DNA of 64,000 nucleotides from an uncultured Candidatus Saccharibacteria bacterium (GTDB lineage: Bacteria; Patescibacteriota; UBA1384; DTJR01). The stretch lies in NCBI GenBank assembly GCA_964487045.1, contig CAZAOT010000003.1:136983-200982 (forward strand), given 5' to 3'. The translations under genes were made by a program, and so were the position numbers. The notes below the pieces were generated by a model. The model was not told where the DNA came from. It saw only the letters and a list, made by a program, of their open reading frames with translations, and did no database searches. Below are positions 42,591 through 51,750 of the stretch, piece after piece. Positions within the stretch are counted from its first letter, which is position 1. Every line of letters begins with the position of its first letter.

Positions 42591-43944
42591 TTTTAAAACA
42601 ACAATCGGTTTAGAAATCCATGTACAGCTCAAGACCAAGAGTAAGATGTTTTGTATGTGCTCAAATGATGCAGAAGGCAAAGAACCGAATACTACCGTAT
42701 GTCCTGTGTGTCTGGGAATGCCTGGCACCCTACCGGTCACGAACGTGAAAGCACTAGAGCTAGTTACTAAAATTGGATTGGCGCTAGGATCGAAAATTGC
42801 TGAAGTTTCTTGGTTTGATCGAAAACATTATTTTTATCCTGACCTACCAAAGGGTTATCAGATAAGCCAGTATCAAAACCCGTTTTGTGAAGGCGGAAAA
42901 CTTGAAGTATCGGGTAAGGAGATTAGATTTAACCGCGTTCACTTAGAGGAGGATGCAGGTAAGTTGGTTCATCCAGCTGGAAGCCAGGTTTCACATGTCG
43001 ATTTGAATCGTGCTGGTACTCCTCTTGCAGAAATCGTAACCGAGCCTGATCTTGAAAGCCCTTCGCAGGCAAAAGAATTTTTACAGGAACTCAGAGATCT
43101 TCTTAGATCAATCGGAGTAAGCGACGCAGACATGGAGAAAGGGCACTTACGATGTGACGCAAATATTTCTGTAACGAAAGATGGCAAGATGTCGCCAATT
43201 GTAGAAATTAAAAATCTTAACTCATTTAAATTTGTTGAAAAAGCTTTGGCTTACGAAGAAAAAAGAATTACCGAAGACTGTGAAAATTGGCCTGAAAAAA
43301 ATACGAAATTAACTAGAGGTTTTGACTCAAATAAGGGCACTACATACTCGCTTAGGGAGAAAGAAGAAGCTAAGGATTATCGATATTTTCCAGAGCCTGA
43401 TATTCCACCGATCGAACTTAGTAAAATTCTTGATCTAGAAAAGTTAAGAAGCGAAATCGGCTTATTGCCACAGCAGGCTAAATCAGAGCTTGCGCAATTA
43501 GGTCTTGATCCGCAACTGGCAAAATTAGTTTCAAACAACGCTGATCTTATGCAGAAGCTTAGTGAAGTCAAAAAAATCATTCCGCTTTCTGCTAAGTTGG
43601 TGAAGACTTTAATAAATGATAAATCAGCAAGTCAATTGCCTGTAGAGCAGATTGTGGATCTAAATGCTTTGCTTGATGGAGAAATTCCATCTAATTTGCT
43701 AAGGGATATTATCAAGCAGTCTCTCGAAACTGGCAAGCTACTTTCTGAAATTTCAATTGTAGAAGAAGACTCTTCCGATATAATCCAGAAAGTCTTGTTT
43801 GAAAATGAAGATGCCGTGATAAAATATAAATCAGGAAAACAAGAAATCATTGGTTTTCTGATCGGACAGGTCATGAAGGAAGGAAAAGGAAAAATAAATC
43901 CAAATACCGTTCGCGAAGAGATAATCAAAAAAATCAAAGAGTAA
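42583..43944 (+). CDS. gatB: Asp/Glu-tRNA amidotransferase subunit B
   Basis: IGLEIHVQL, YFYPDLPKGYQISQ, DYRYFPEPD. Confidence 0.97.
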   Translation: MSDFKTTIGLEIHVQLKTKSKMFCMCSNDAEGKEPNTTVCPVCLGMPGTLPVTNVKALELVTKIGLALGSKIAEVSWFDRKHYFYPDLPKGYQISQYQNPFCEGGKLEVSGKEIRFNRVHLEEDAGKLVHPAGSQVSHVDLNRAGTPLAEIVTEPDLESPSQAKEFLQELRDLLRSIGVSDADMEKGHLRCDANISVTKDGKMSPIVEIKNLNSFKFVEKALAYEEKRITEDCENWPEKNTKLTRGFDSNKGTTYSLREKEEAKDYRYFPEPDIPPIELSKILDLEKLRSEIGLLPQQAKSELAQLGLDPQLAKLVSNNADLMQKLSEVKKIIPLSAKLVKTLINDKSASQLPVEQIVDLNALLDGEIPSNLLRDIIKQSLETGKLLSEISIVEEDSSDIIQKVLFENEDAVIKYKSGKQEIIGFLIGQVMKEGKGKINPNTVREEIIKKIKE

Positions 43945-43991
43945 AAATTAAGAATTGAATTTAGTCTAATTTAAAAGAAAGGGAAGTAAAA

Positions 43992-44285
43992 ATGGCAGAG
44001 CAAGAAAAACCGAAACTTACCCGCCGAGCAAAATTAGCCAGAGAGCTAAATGCTCAATTTATTGAGACTTTGTCCACTCTCTTAACAACCGCTTTTGGTC
44101 TAGTTGCAGCATTTGCCTGGAACGAACTCGTTAAGTCCGTCATTAGTAAGTACATAGCCCCCGGTTCAACTATAATCTCTCAGTTAGTTTATGCTGCACT
44201 GGTTACATTACTAGCTGTATTGATATCGTTTCAACTTGGCAAGCTTGCTGCTATCTATAAAGTTGACTCAGAAGAAGACAAATAA
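43992..44285 (+). CDS. Small membrane protein (DUF5654-like)
   Basis: L.TTAFGLVAAFAWN...YA..VT pattern. Confidence 0.7.
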   Translation: MAEQEKPKLTRRAKLARELNAQFIETLSTLLTTAFGLVAAFAWNELVKSVISKYIAPGSTIISQLVYAALVTLLAVLISFQLGKLAAIYKVDSEEDK

Positions 44286-44346
44286 TTAATTTCAGCTTAT
44301 TTTCAGCTGACAAATATTATAATTTTAATAATTAGGGGTTACTAAA

Positions 44347-45573
44347 ATGGATCAAGGAGCAGATGTGCAAAACTCTCAAAATTCTCAAAGCAGGCCGCTG
44401 GTTATATTCTTACTAATTATTAGTTTTTTGGCTGGGATTATCGGCGGTATTGGTGGGATGGCGGTACTGGCGACTTCAACGAGCTTGCAAAAAACTCTAG
44501 GAATTGAAAACAAAAATGGTGCTTTATCATTTCCTGATCAGGGTAGGGTAGAGAATGTCACGGTCAAAGAGGATTCTTCCGTCATTACCTCAGTGAAGAA
44601 GGTTTCACCTTCTGTAGTCAGTGTAGTTTTCACAAAGGATGTAGAAGTATTTAATCCTTTTGGGTTTGGATTTGGCGCAAATCAGCCTGCCACGCAGCAA
44701 CAGCAGGGTGGTGGAACCGGATTTATCATGACTTCGGATGGTCTAATTGCGACTAATAAGCATGTAGCTAATGTTTCCGGAGCGAAATACTCGGTAATTA
44801 CTCAGGATGGAAAGAAATATGATGCGCAGGTTAAATCTGTTGATCCAATTAACGACTTTGCAATCCTAAAGATTGAAGCTAGCAATTTGCCAACTGTAGA
44901 GTTTGGTAATTCAGATGATTTGGAAATTGGCCAGAGAATAATTGCCATCGGTAACGCGCTTGGAGAATTTCAAAATACCGTTACTGTCGGTGTGATCTCT
45001 GGCAAGGAAAGATCTATTACAGCAAGCGATTCTAGTGGAACAAGCGGTGAGGACTTGTATGGATTACTTCAAACTGACGCTGCCATTAATGAAGGGAATT
45101 CAGGAGGTCCACTGGTCAACTTAAAGGGACAGGTGATTGGTATCAACACTGCCACAGCTTCCAAGGGACAGGCTGAGGGGCTGGGTTTTGCAATACCAGT
45201 AAATTCTATAAAATATGCGATCGATTCCATCAAGAAAAATGGCAAAATTGTAAGACCTTATATTGGTGTCGTAACCGTCGCGGTTGATAAAAAAATTGCT
45301 GCAATGAAAGGCTTGAAAGATGCTAAGGGGGCCTTGGTATATGGCGACCCAACTCGAAATATTAGTGCGGTTGTCAAAGATTCACCTGCTGATAAAGCCG
45401 GGATCAAAGAAGGTGACGTTATTTTGAAAGTGAATAATGATGAGATTGGCGAGAACAAGAGTTTGCCTTCGGTCCTGTCTAAATACCAACCGGGTGAAGA
45501 AATCACCCTAACAATTCTAAGAGATAATAACGAGATGAAGATTAAGATTAAGCTCGGAGAGGTTTCTTCATAG
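44347..45573 (+). CDS. htrA: HtrA/DegP-like serine protease with PDZ
   Basis: TNKHV, QTDAAINEGNSGGPL, PDZ. Confidence 0.93.
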   Translation: MDQGADVQNSQNSQSRPLVIFLLIISFLAGIIGGIGGMAVLATSTSLQKTLGIENKNGALSFPDQGRVENVTVKEDSSVITSVKKVSPSVVSVVFTKDVEVFNPFGFGFGANQPATQQQQGGGTGFIMTSDGLIATNKHVANVSGAKYSVITQDGKKYDAQVKSVDPINDFAILKIEASNLPTVEFGNSDDLEIGQRIIAIGNALGEFQNTVTVGVISGKERSITASDSSGTSGEDLYGLLQTDAAINEGNSGGPLVNLKGQVIGINTATASKGQAEGLGFAIPVNSIKYAIDSIKKNGKIVRPYIGVVTVAVDKKIAAMKGLKDAKGALVYGDPTRNISAVVKDSPADKAGIKEGDVILKVNNDEIGENKSLPSVLSKYQPGEEITLTILRDNNEMKIKIKLGEVSS

Positions 45574-45574
45574 G

Positions 45575-46060
45575 ATGCGCCAAGCGCTCTATCTAGTAGG
45601 TGTAATTGTATTATTTGCGTTCGCTGTGTTTATATTCGCATTCCCATCGACTATTGCGGGTTTAGTGGAGGAGAAAAAAATTAGCTTCAAGCAAGATATC
45701 TCGACTCAAGAATCTACTCGTTATAAACCTCTTGGAATAGTTAAATTGGATGGCAATTCTGGCGAGTCGCTGGTATTTAAAATTCAAGTTTTGAACGTTT
45801 CGGCTAGTAATCTTGATCAATTATATTTGGTAAGTGATGGTCTTAGCTCAAGTTCATCTAAAATAGAAAGTAGCCAGATTATTACTTCGCCCGCAGTTGG
45901 CAATTATGCTTTTGATCTGCCTGTGAAGGCAAGTAAGTCGTTTGATTTCACGATTAAATTAAAAGATGAACCGAAAGGCGAATATAAAGGATTCATTGAA
46001 GCGGTAGATTCGAAGAGAAACAAGCTTGGAGAATTTGAGGTTGATCTAATTATTACCTAG
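45575..46060 (+). CDS. Hypothetical exported protein
   Basis: N-terminal TM, beta-rich body. Confidence 0.6.
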   Translation: MRQALYLVGVIVLFAFAVFIFAFPSTIAGLVEEKKISFKQDISTQESTRYKPLGIVKLDGNSGESLVFKIQVLNVSASNLDQLYLVSDGLSSSSSKIESSQIITSPAVGNYAFDLPVKASKSFDFTIKLKDEPKGEYKGFIEAVDSKRNKLGEFEVDLIIT

Positions 46061-46853
46061 AGATTAGCGCGATTCGCGGGAAGTCGTTAAGGTCGTTAAT
46101 AATGCTGGCTTGAAAGCCATACTCTTTGGCGCATTCTTTGATTAATTTATCTTGGTTGTATCCGATCTCGAAAATAGCCTGGCCACTTTCGGATAAATGA
46201 TCTGGCAGAGCGCTAATTGTTTTTTGGATTAATTCAAAACCATTCTTTCCCCCAACTAGAGATATTCTTGGGTCAGCAAGATTTTCAAGGTCTTCGTCCA
46301 GAGGATCGATATAGGGGAGATTGGCACATATAAGATCAAATTTCCCCGTGATGTTTTCGAGCAAATTACTTTTGCGAAGCGTAAGCTCAGTTTTATGCTT
46401 TTGCGCATTATTTTTTGCTACCGCCAAAGCTTCATCTGATATATCACTAGCCATTACTTTGGCGAGGGGATAGAGCTTTTTTAGCGTAATTGCGATTATT
46501 CCAGAGCCTGTACCAACGTCTAGTATCGAAGCTTTAGAGTTATGATCTAAAAATTTTTTGGCCTCATCAATTAATAATTCTGTTTCGGGGCGGGGGATAA
46601 GGACATTCTCATCAACATAAAATTCATTGTTATAAAACCAGGCTTTTTTAAAAATATACTGCGGGGGAGTGCCAGCGGATACTTGTTTTTCAATTAATTT
46701 AAATTTATTAAATTGCGCATCGTCGAGGAGGAGGTCAGGGTAATTAGTCAGTAATTCTTGCGAAGATAAATTAAGAAACTCCCCTGCTGTATAATCAAAT
46801 TCTGCTGGGGGGAGAGGGGAAAGTTTTTTTAGTTCTAAGAGCTTAACTTTCAT
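46053..46853 (-). CDS. prmC: Release factor glutamine methyltransferase
   Basis: VLIPRPETE, LDVGTGSG, ANLPY; adjacent to prfA. Confidence 0.92.
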   Translation of the reverse strand: MKVKLLELKKLSPLPPAEFDYTAGEFLNLSSQELLTNYPDLLLDDAQFNKFKLIEKQVSAGTPPQYIFKKAWFYNNEFYVDENVLIPRPETELLIDEAKKFLDHNSKASILDVGTGSGIIAITLKKLYPLAKVMASDISDEALAVAKNNAQKHKTELTLRKSNLLENITGKFDLICANLPYIDPLDEDLENLADPRISLVGGKNGFELIQKTISALPDHLSESGQAIFEIGYNQDKLIKECAKEYGFQASIINDLNDFPRIALISR

Positions 46854-47745
46854 CTGCTGATTTCAGGATTTCATCTATCGCCTGTTCGCGCTCAACTTTT
46901 TTAAGTTCGTCGATGATAATATTTACATCACCATCGAGAATCTTTTGCATATTATTCCAGCTCTTTGGAATGCGGTGGTCAGTTATGCGGTCTTGGGGGT
47001 AATTGTAAGTTCTAATTTTGTCAGAGCGGTCGCCTGATTTAACCATAGAGAGGCGAAGCTCTTTGGCGGAAGCTAACTTTTCGTCATATTCTTTCTGCCA
47101 AAGTTTTGCCCGCAAGACACCCATTGCTTTATCTTTGTTCTTAAGCTGAGATCTTTCGTCCTGGCAAGTAACTACGATTCCGGATGGTTTGTGGGTAATT
47201 CTAACAGCAGAGTCGGTAGTATTAACTGATTGTCCCCCGTGTCCACCGGAACGATATACATCGATCTTTAAATCTTCCGCTCGTATATTTACTTCAGTTT
47301 CGGGAACCTCTGGCATTACGACGACGGTAGCAGCTGAAGTATGGATCCTCCCCTGCTTTTCGGTTTTTGGAACTCTTTGTACGCGGTGGACGCCAGCTTC
47401 ATATTTTAAAATTCCGTACGCATTTTCAGCATTAATCGTAGCGCTAAATTGTTCCGTTCCACCAATTGAGTTTTCTTTATTTTCGTTAATTGATACTTTC
47501 CAGCCTTGTCTTTCTGCGAATTTTAAATACATGCGCGCTAGTTCTGCGGCAAAAAGCTCTGCCTCTTCCCCTCCTGTGCCAGCTCTAATCTCTACAATAG
47601 CATTAGAGTGATCTTCTTTTTTCGGAGGGAGTATCTGATCAACTAGTTTATCGATTTCTTCTTGTATTAAAACCTTGAAGTCTTCGTCCGAACTTGAAGA
47701 AAGCATTTCGAGGTGCGCCTTAAGATCATTTATTTTTGGATCCAT
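46843..47745 (-). CDS. prfA: Peptide chain release factor 1 (N-terminally short)
   Basis: EIRAGTGG, PKT recognition loop, GGQ, RTYNYPQ. Confidence 0.95.
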   Translation of the reverse strand: MDPKINDLKAHLEMLSSSSDEDFKVLIQEEIDKLVDQILPPKKEDHSNAIVEIRAGTGGEEAELFAAELARMYLKFAERQGWKVSINENKENSIGGTEQFSATINAENAYGILKYEAGVHRVQRVPKTEKQGRIHTSAATVVVMPEVPETEVNIRAEDLKIDVYRSGGHGGQSVNTTDSAVRITHKPSGIVVTCQDERSQLKNKDKAMGVLRAKLWQKEYDEKLASAKELRLSMVKSGDRSDKIRTYNYPQDRITDHRIPKSWNNMQKILDGDVNIIIDELKKVEREQAIDEILKSADES

Positions 47746-47770
47746 AATTTCATTTTAATATTATTTAGTA

Positions 47771-47803
47771 CAAAAAAACTAGCCTTCAAAAAGCTAGTTT
47801 TTT
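47771..47803. terminator. Terminator after rpmE
   Basis: AAAAAAACTAGC...GCTAGTTTTTT. Confidence 0.55.
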
Positions 47804-47816
47804 CATTTTTGATTTT

Positions 47817-48116
47817 TTAACCTTCTTTTTCTGGGGTTTCTGCTTCTTCTTTGGTTTCAGCTTTTTCTGTTTTTGGTTTTGCAGATCTCTTAGCGGCTTG
47901 CTGCTTCATCTCTTCAAATTTCTTAAGTCGAGCCTGGAAACGATCGACTCTTCCAGCTGTATCGACAATTCTCTTGTTTCCGGTGTATAGCGGGTGGCAA
48001 GAAGAACAGATTTCGACTTTAATATCTGGAATTGTTGATCCAACCTCAAAATCAGCGCCGCAAGAGCACTTCACTTTTGTTTTGTCGTAATATTGGGGGT
48101 GTAAATTTTTCTTCAT
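47817..48116 (-). CDS. rpmE: 50S ribosomal protein L31 (Zn-type) with charged tail
   Basis: MKKNLHP, CSCG, CSSCHPLYTG, GRVDRF. Confidence 0.95.
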   Translation of the reverse strand: MKKNLHPQYYDKTKVKCSCGADFEVGSTIPDIKVEICSSCHPLYTGNKRIVDTAGRVDRFQARLKKFEEMKQQAAKRSAKPKTEKAETKEEAETPEKEG

Positions 48117-48438
48117 TTTTTTTAAAATATTTGGGTGAATTCTTGCCCTGCCAAAGCATGTACGTGTCGTATTTAGATGTAACCCAATCGACCGTAAATG
48201 CGCCGGCGGGTCGTTTTCATACTTAAGATATAATACCAGAATAATTTTGTTTTTCAATACTCTCAGAGCATCATGTCTTAGCTATTGATTTTTCCTGTCT
48301 TTTAGGGTTTAATAATCAAAGACGCTGCCCCGTTAGATGGGGGAATTTTTTAAGCGATCAAAGTAAAGAAAATAAAACGTCCTGATTAAGTGTAATAACT
48401 TATTAAGCATCTAACTGGACAATTAAGAGGAAAATCTC

Positions 48439-49209
48439 ATGGCTGACAAAGCTGATATCAAGGAGTTATTTAAGGCGGGGGCCCATTTTGGTCACCAGAA
48501 ATCGAAAACCGATGCTCGCTCCGGTGAGTATATTTATACGTTTAAAAATAAAATTGCCGTTATTGATCTGTCAAAAACACAAACTTTGATCAACGACGCT
48601 TTGAATTTCATCAGCAAAGAAGCACAAAACGGTGCACTCTTTTTGTTCGTAGGAACCAAGCTTCAAGCTCAAGAGGCAGTTAAGAAGAACGCTGTGGAAC
48701 TTGAGATGCCATATATCATCGAAAGATGGCCAGGTGGACTTCTAACTAACTTCGATGTCGTTTCTAAGAGTATTAAGAGATTAGTCAAAACCGAAAAAGA
48801 ATTGGCCGAAGGTAAATATGACCATTTGACAAAAGCTGAGCGCGTCAAGATGGAGAAAGATCTTAAGAAATCAGAATTAGTTTTTGGTGGACTAAGAACT
48901 TTGGACAGGATGCCTAGCGCTGTGATAGTAGTTGACGCTAGCAAAGAAATGATTGCTATCAAGGAGGCTAAGGTTAAAGGCATTCCGGTTATTGCTCTTT
49001 GTGACACAAACTCGAATCCTCGTGAAATTGACTTACCGATTGTTTCAAATGATGATTCTAAATCAACTATTGAATTAATTCTCGGTATGATTGCCAAGAC
49101 TGTAAAAGAAAATTACAAACCTCGAGTTAAAGAAGAGACTGAAGAAAGAGTCGAAAAAGCTATCGAAAAGGGCAAAAAATTTACTGACAAAAAAAATGAT
49201 AAAAAATAA
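48439..49209 (+). CDS. rpsB: 30S ribosomal protein S2
   Basis: AGAHFGH, FVGTK, RWPGGLLTN, DTN, NDD. Confidence 0.97.
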   Translation: MADKADIKELFKAGAHFGHQKSKTDARSGEYIYTFKNKIAVIDLSKTQTLINDALNFISKEAQNGALFLFVGTKLQAQEAVKKNAVELEMPYIIERWPGGLLTNFDVVSKSIKRLVKTEKELAEGKYDHLTKAERVKMEKDLKKSELVFGGLRTLDRMPSAVIVVDASKEMIAIKEAKVKGIPVIALCDTNSNPREIDLPIVSNDDSKSTIELILGMIAKTVKENYKPRVKEETEERVEKAIEKGKKFTDKKNDKK

Positions 49210-49350
49210 TCCCGTCACTTTTCAACCTCTCGAAATATTCTCAATCTGAGAAATTTGCGACCCTGCCTACCGGCAGGTAGGTAGGTTTCCAAAGTGAGGG
49301 ACTTCCGGAATTGCTTCCTGCCCTGGAGCGCAATTCTCGGAGCGGGAGAA
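49209..49350 (+). promoter_or_regulatory. Conserved structured RNA leader, copy 1 (upstream of tsf)
   Basis: ATCCC-G-TCACTTT...AAAGTGA-GGGAC stem, then core TTCCGGAATTGC...GGAGCGCAATTCTCGGAGCGGGAG. Confidence 0.8.
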
Positions 49351-49353
49351 AAT

Positions 49354-49797
49354 ATGGAAAAAATTAAAGAACTTAGAGAAAAAACTGGCGCAGGAGTAAT
49401 GGATATCAAGAAAGCGCTAGATGAAGCAAACGGTGACGCTGCCAAAGCAGAGGAATTATTGAAGGCCCGCGGAGCTATGATTGCCGAAAAGAAAGCCGAT
49501 CGAGAAACTGCTCAAGGACTAATTGATAGTTATGTCCATCTTGGTAAAATCGGTGTGCTTGTAGAAGTAAACTGCGAAACTGACTTTGTTGCTCGAAATG
49601 AAGACTTTAAGAAATTCGTTCATGAACTAGCTCTTCAGGTTGCTCAATCAGAATCTGAGACTGTTGAAGACTTGCTAAAGGAAGAATATTTTCGCTCTGC
49701 AGACCAGAAAGTCGATGACTTGCTTAAGGAGCAAATCGGAAAAATCGGAGAGAATATCAAGATCAAACGATTCGTTAAATATACTCTCGGGGAATAA
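49354..49797 (+). CDS. tsf: Elongation factor Ts (short form)
   Basis: IKELREKTGAG, EVNCETDFVA, IGENIKIKRF. Confidence 0.95.
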   Translation: MEKIKELREKTGAGVMDIKKALDEANGDAAKAEELLKARGAMIAEKKADRETAQGLIDSYVHLGKIGVLVEVNCETDFVARNEDFKKFVHELALQVAQSESETVEDLLKEEYFRSADQKVDDLLKEQIGKIGENIKIKRFVKYTLGE

Positions 49798-49799
49798 TT

Positions 49800-50501
49800 A
49801 TGGATCTAAAGTATAAGAGGGTTCTTCTGAAACTATCAGGAGAAGCTTTTGGTGATGAAGAAAATAAATTATTTGATTTTACCAAAATTGAAAGTGTTGC
49901 TGGATTAATTGGCGAGCTTCAAAAAGCAGGCGTAGAGGTAGCGATCGTTAACGGAGCGGGCAATATTTTTAGAGGGGCAAGAAATGGTCAAATCGATAGA
50001 GTTGACGCGGATTTTGTTGGCATGACAGCCACTATGGTTAATTCTCTTGTTCTTCAGGCAACTTTGAAGAAGCTAGAGATTGTTCAGTCAATTTATTCCG
50101 TTTTGCCGATTAAAAAATTAATTCCGGAATACTCATCTGAGCAGGCGAAAGAAGACTTAAATTCTGGCAAAGTAGTTATACTAACCGGCGGCGACGGGGA
50201 ACCATACTTTACTAATGACACTGCTGGGGTCAAGCGCGGGGTGGAGCTTGATTGCGAATTGATCATCAAGGCCTCAACCGTAGACGGTGTCTATTCGGAT
50301 GATCCTAAAACCAATCCCGATGCCCAGAAGTTTGATGAAATTTCCTATCTAGATGTTTTGGAAAAAGATCTCAAAGTTATGGACAAAGCGGCAATCGAGA
50401 TAGCAAGAGATAACAATCTAAAAATAATTGTTACAAAATTCGACAAAGAATCTGTTCTTAGTGCCTTAAGTGGCGAAAAGATCGGAACTCTAATTAGCTA
50501 A
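49800..50501 (+). CDS. pyrH: UMP kinase
   Basis: RVLLKLSGE, GAGNIFRG, VDGVYSDDP, LKVMD. Confidence 0.93.
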   Translation: MDLKYKRVLLKLSGEAFGDEENKLFDFTKIESVAGLIGELQKAGVEVAIVNGAGNIFRGARNGQIDRVDADFVGMTATMVNSLVLQATLKKLEIVQSIYSVLPIKKLIPEYSSEQAKEDLNSGKVVILTGGDGEPYFTNDTAGVKRGVELDCELIIKASTVDGVYSDDPKTNPDAQKFDEISYLDVLEKDLKVMDKAAIEIARDNNLKIIVTKFDKESVLSALSGEKIGTLIS

Positions 50502-50515
50502 ATATTTTAAAAAGA

Positions 50516-50540
50516 CAAGGTCCAGCTGCGCTGGACCTTG
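50516..50540. terminator. Terminator hairpin CAAGGTCCAG...CTGGACCTTG
   Basis: 10-bp perfect stem between convergent genes. Confidence 0.65.
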
Positions 50541-50565
50541 GAAAGAAGTTGCTTCTGGCGGAGGG

Positions 50566-50886
50566 TTAGCGCCAGGCGCTGGGATTGTTGTGAAGCCGGG
50601 TTGCTCGCTGCAGAATCATGTTGTAGACGAACGCTCGACACTTGGGGTTCTTGGCGATGGTGGCGTGGTAGCGAGCCATGAAGCTCTCGACAATCTCCCA
50701 GACCAGAGCATCGTGCTCACCGACATCATCAACTTGGCAGTCGGGGCACCCACCATCGAGCTCCTCATCGAGAAGCCTGGCGATGCCATCCAGGAGACTA
50801 TCGGCGATGGTAGTTGCTTCAGGCGAGGGTGTCCCACCATGCATCCTCATGGTGAGGTCGAGCAGTTTGGCGGCAGCTTCACTCAT
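50566..50886 (-). CDS. GC-rich hypothetical protein (CPDC motif)
   Basis: ORF with GGAG RBS, upstream TTGACT..TATAAA and downstream terminator. Confidence 0.55.
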   Translation of the reverse strand: MSEAAAKLLDLTMRMHGGTPSPEATTIADSLLDGIARLLDEELDGGCPDCQVDDVGEHDALVWEIVESFMARYHATIAKNPKCRAFVYNMILQRATRLHNNPSAWR

Positions 50887-51020
50887 AGTTACCATCTCCC
50901 TGGTGGTCTAGAGAACTATGCGAGAATTTTATACTTCAAGCTGCGTAAAGTCAAGATGTGATATTTTATTATTGTAAAAAACCCCTATTTTGGTAAATTG
51001 ATAATAGGAGAAAATTAAGT

Positions 51021-51190
51021 AGTCCCAGCAACAAATTATCGAATGCTTCACGTCGAATGTTGATATTTATTAACTGATTGAATATTCGCCGAGTACCACC
51101 TCGGCAAAGCATTCGTGTTACGCTTCGGAAATTGTTGCGGGACTTCCGGAATTGCTTTCGTCGAGGAGCGCAATTCACGGAGCGGAGGAA
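51021..51190 (+). promoter_or_regulatory. Conserved structured RNA leader, copy 2 (upstream of frr)
   Basis: AGTCCC-A-GCAACAA...TTGTTGC-GGGACT stem, then TCCGGAATTGC...GGAGCGCAATTCACGGAGCGGAGG. Confidence 0.8.
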
Positions 51191-51192
51191 TT

Positions 51193-51750
51193 ATGTATCA
51201 AACAGAAATGAAAATCATGAAACAGAAGTTTGAGCAGGTTATTGAAAAAATCAGAGAAGACTTCAAGGGAATTAGAACTGGGCGGGCTTCGAGTGGCTTG
51301 GTGGAGAATATTTCCGTGACCTATTATGGGCAGACCACTCCTCTAAAACAGATGGCGAATATTACCACACCTGATGCTGCTCTTATTGTTATCCAGCCTT
51401 GGGACAAAAATTCGCTTGGCGATATTGAGCTTGCGATCAGAAATTCAGACCTAAATTTGTCACCAACCAATGACGGCAATGTTGTAAGAATTAGTCTTCC
51501 TCCTATGACCGAAGAAAGAAGGTTGGAATTGATTAGAAGCATTTCTAAAAAGGGTGAAGAAGCTAGAATTGCGCTTCGAAATGTCAGGCAAGACGCATGG
51601 GAATCTATTCAGAAAATGCAAAAAGAAGGAAGTATTACTGAAGATGATAAATATTCGGCTGAAGAGGAGATCAATAAGATAATTTCTGAATTCAACAAAA
51701 AAATTGAAGAAGCGCTCAAAGAAAAAGAATCTGAGATTAAATCAATCTAA
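51193..51750 (+). CDS. frr: Ribosome recycling factor
   Basis: IRTGRAS, YYGQ, NDG, PPMTEERR, RNVR. Confidence 0.97.
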   Translation: MYQTEMKIMKQKFEQVIEKIREDFKGIRTGRASSGLVENISVTYYGQTTPLKQMANITTPDAALIVIQPWDKNSLGDIELAIRNSDLNLSPTNDGNVVRISLPPMTEERRLELIRSISKKGEEARIALRNVRQDAWESIQKMQKEGSITEDDKYSAEEEINKIISEFNKKIEEALKEKESEIKSI

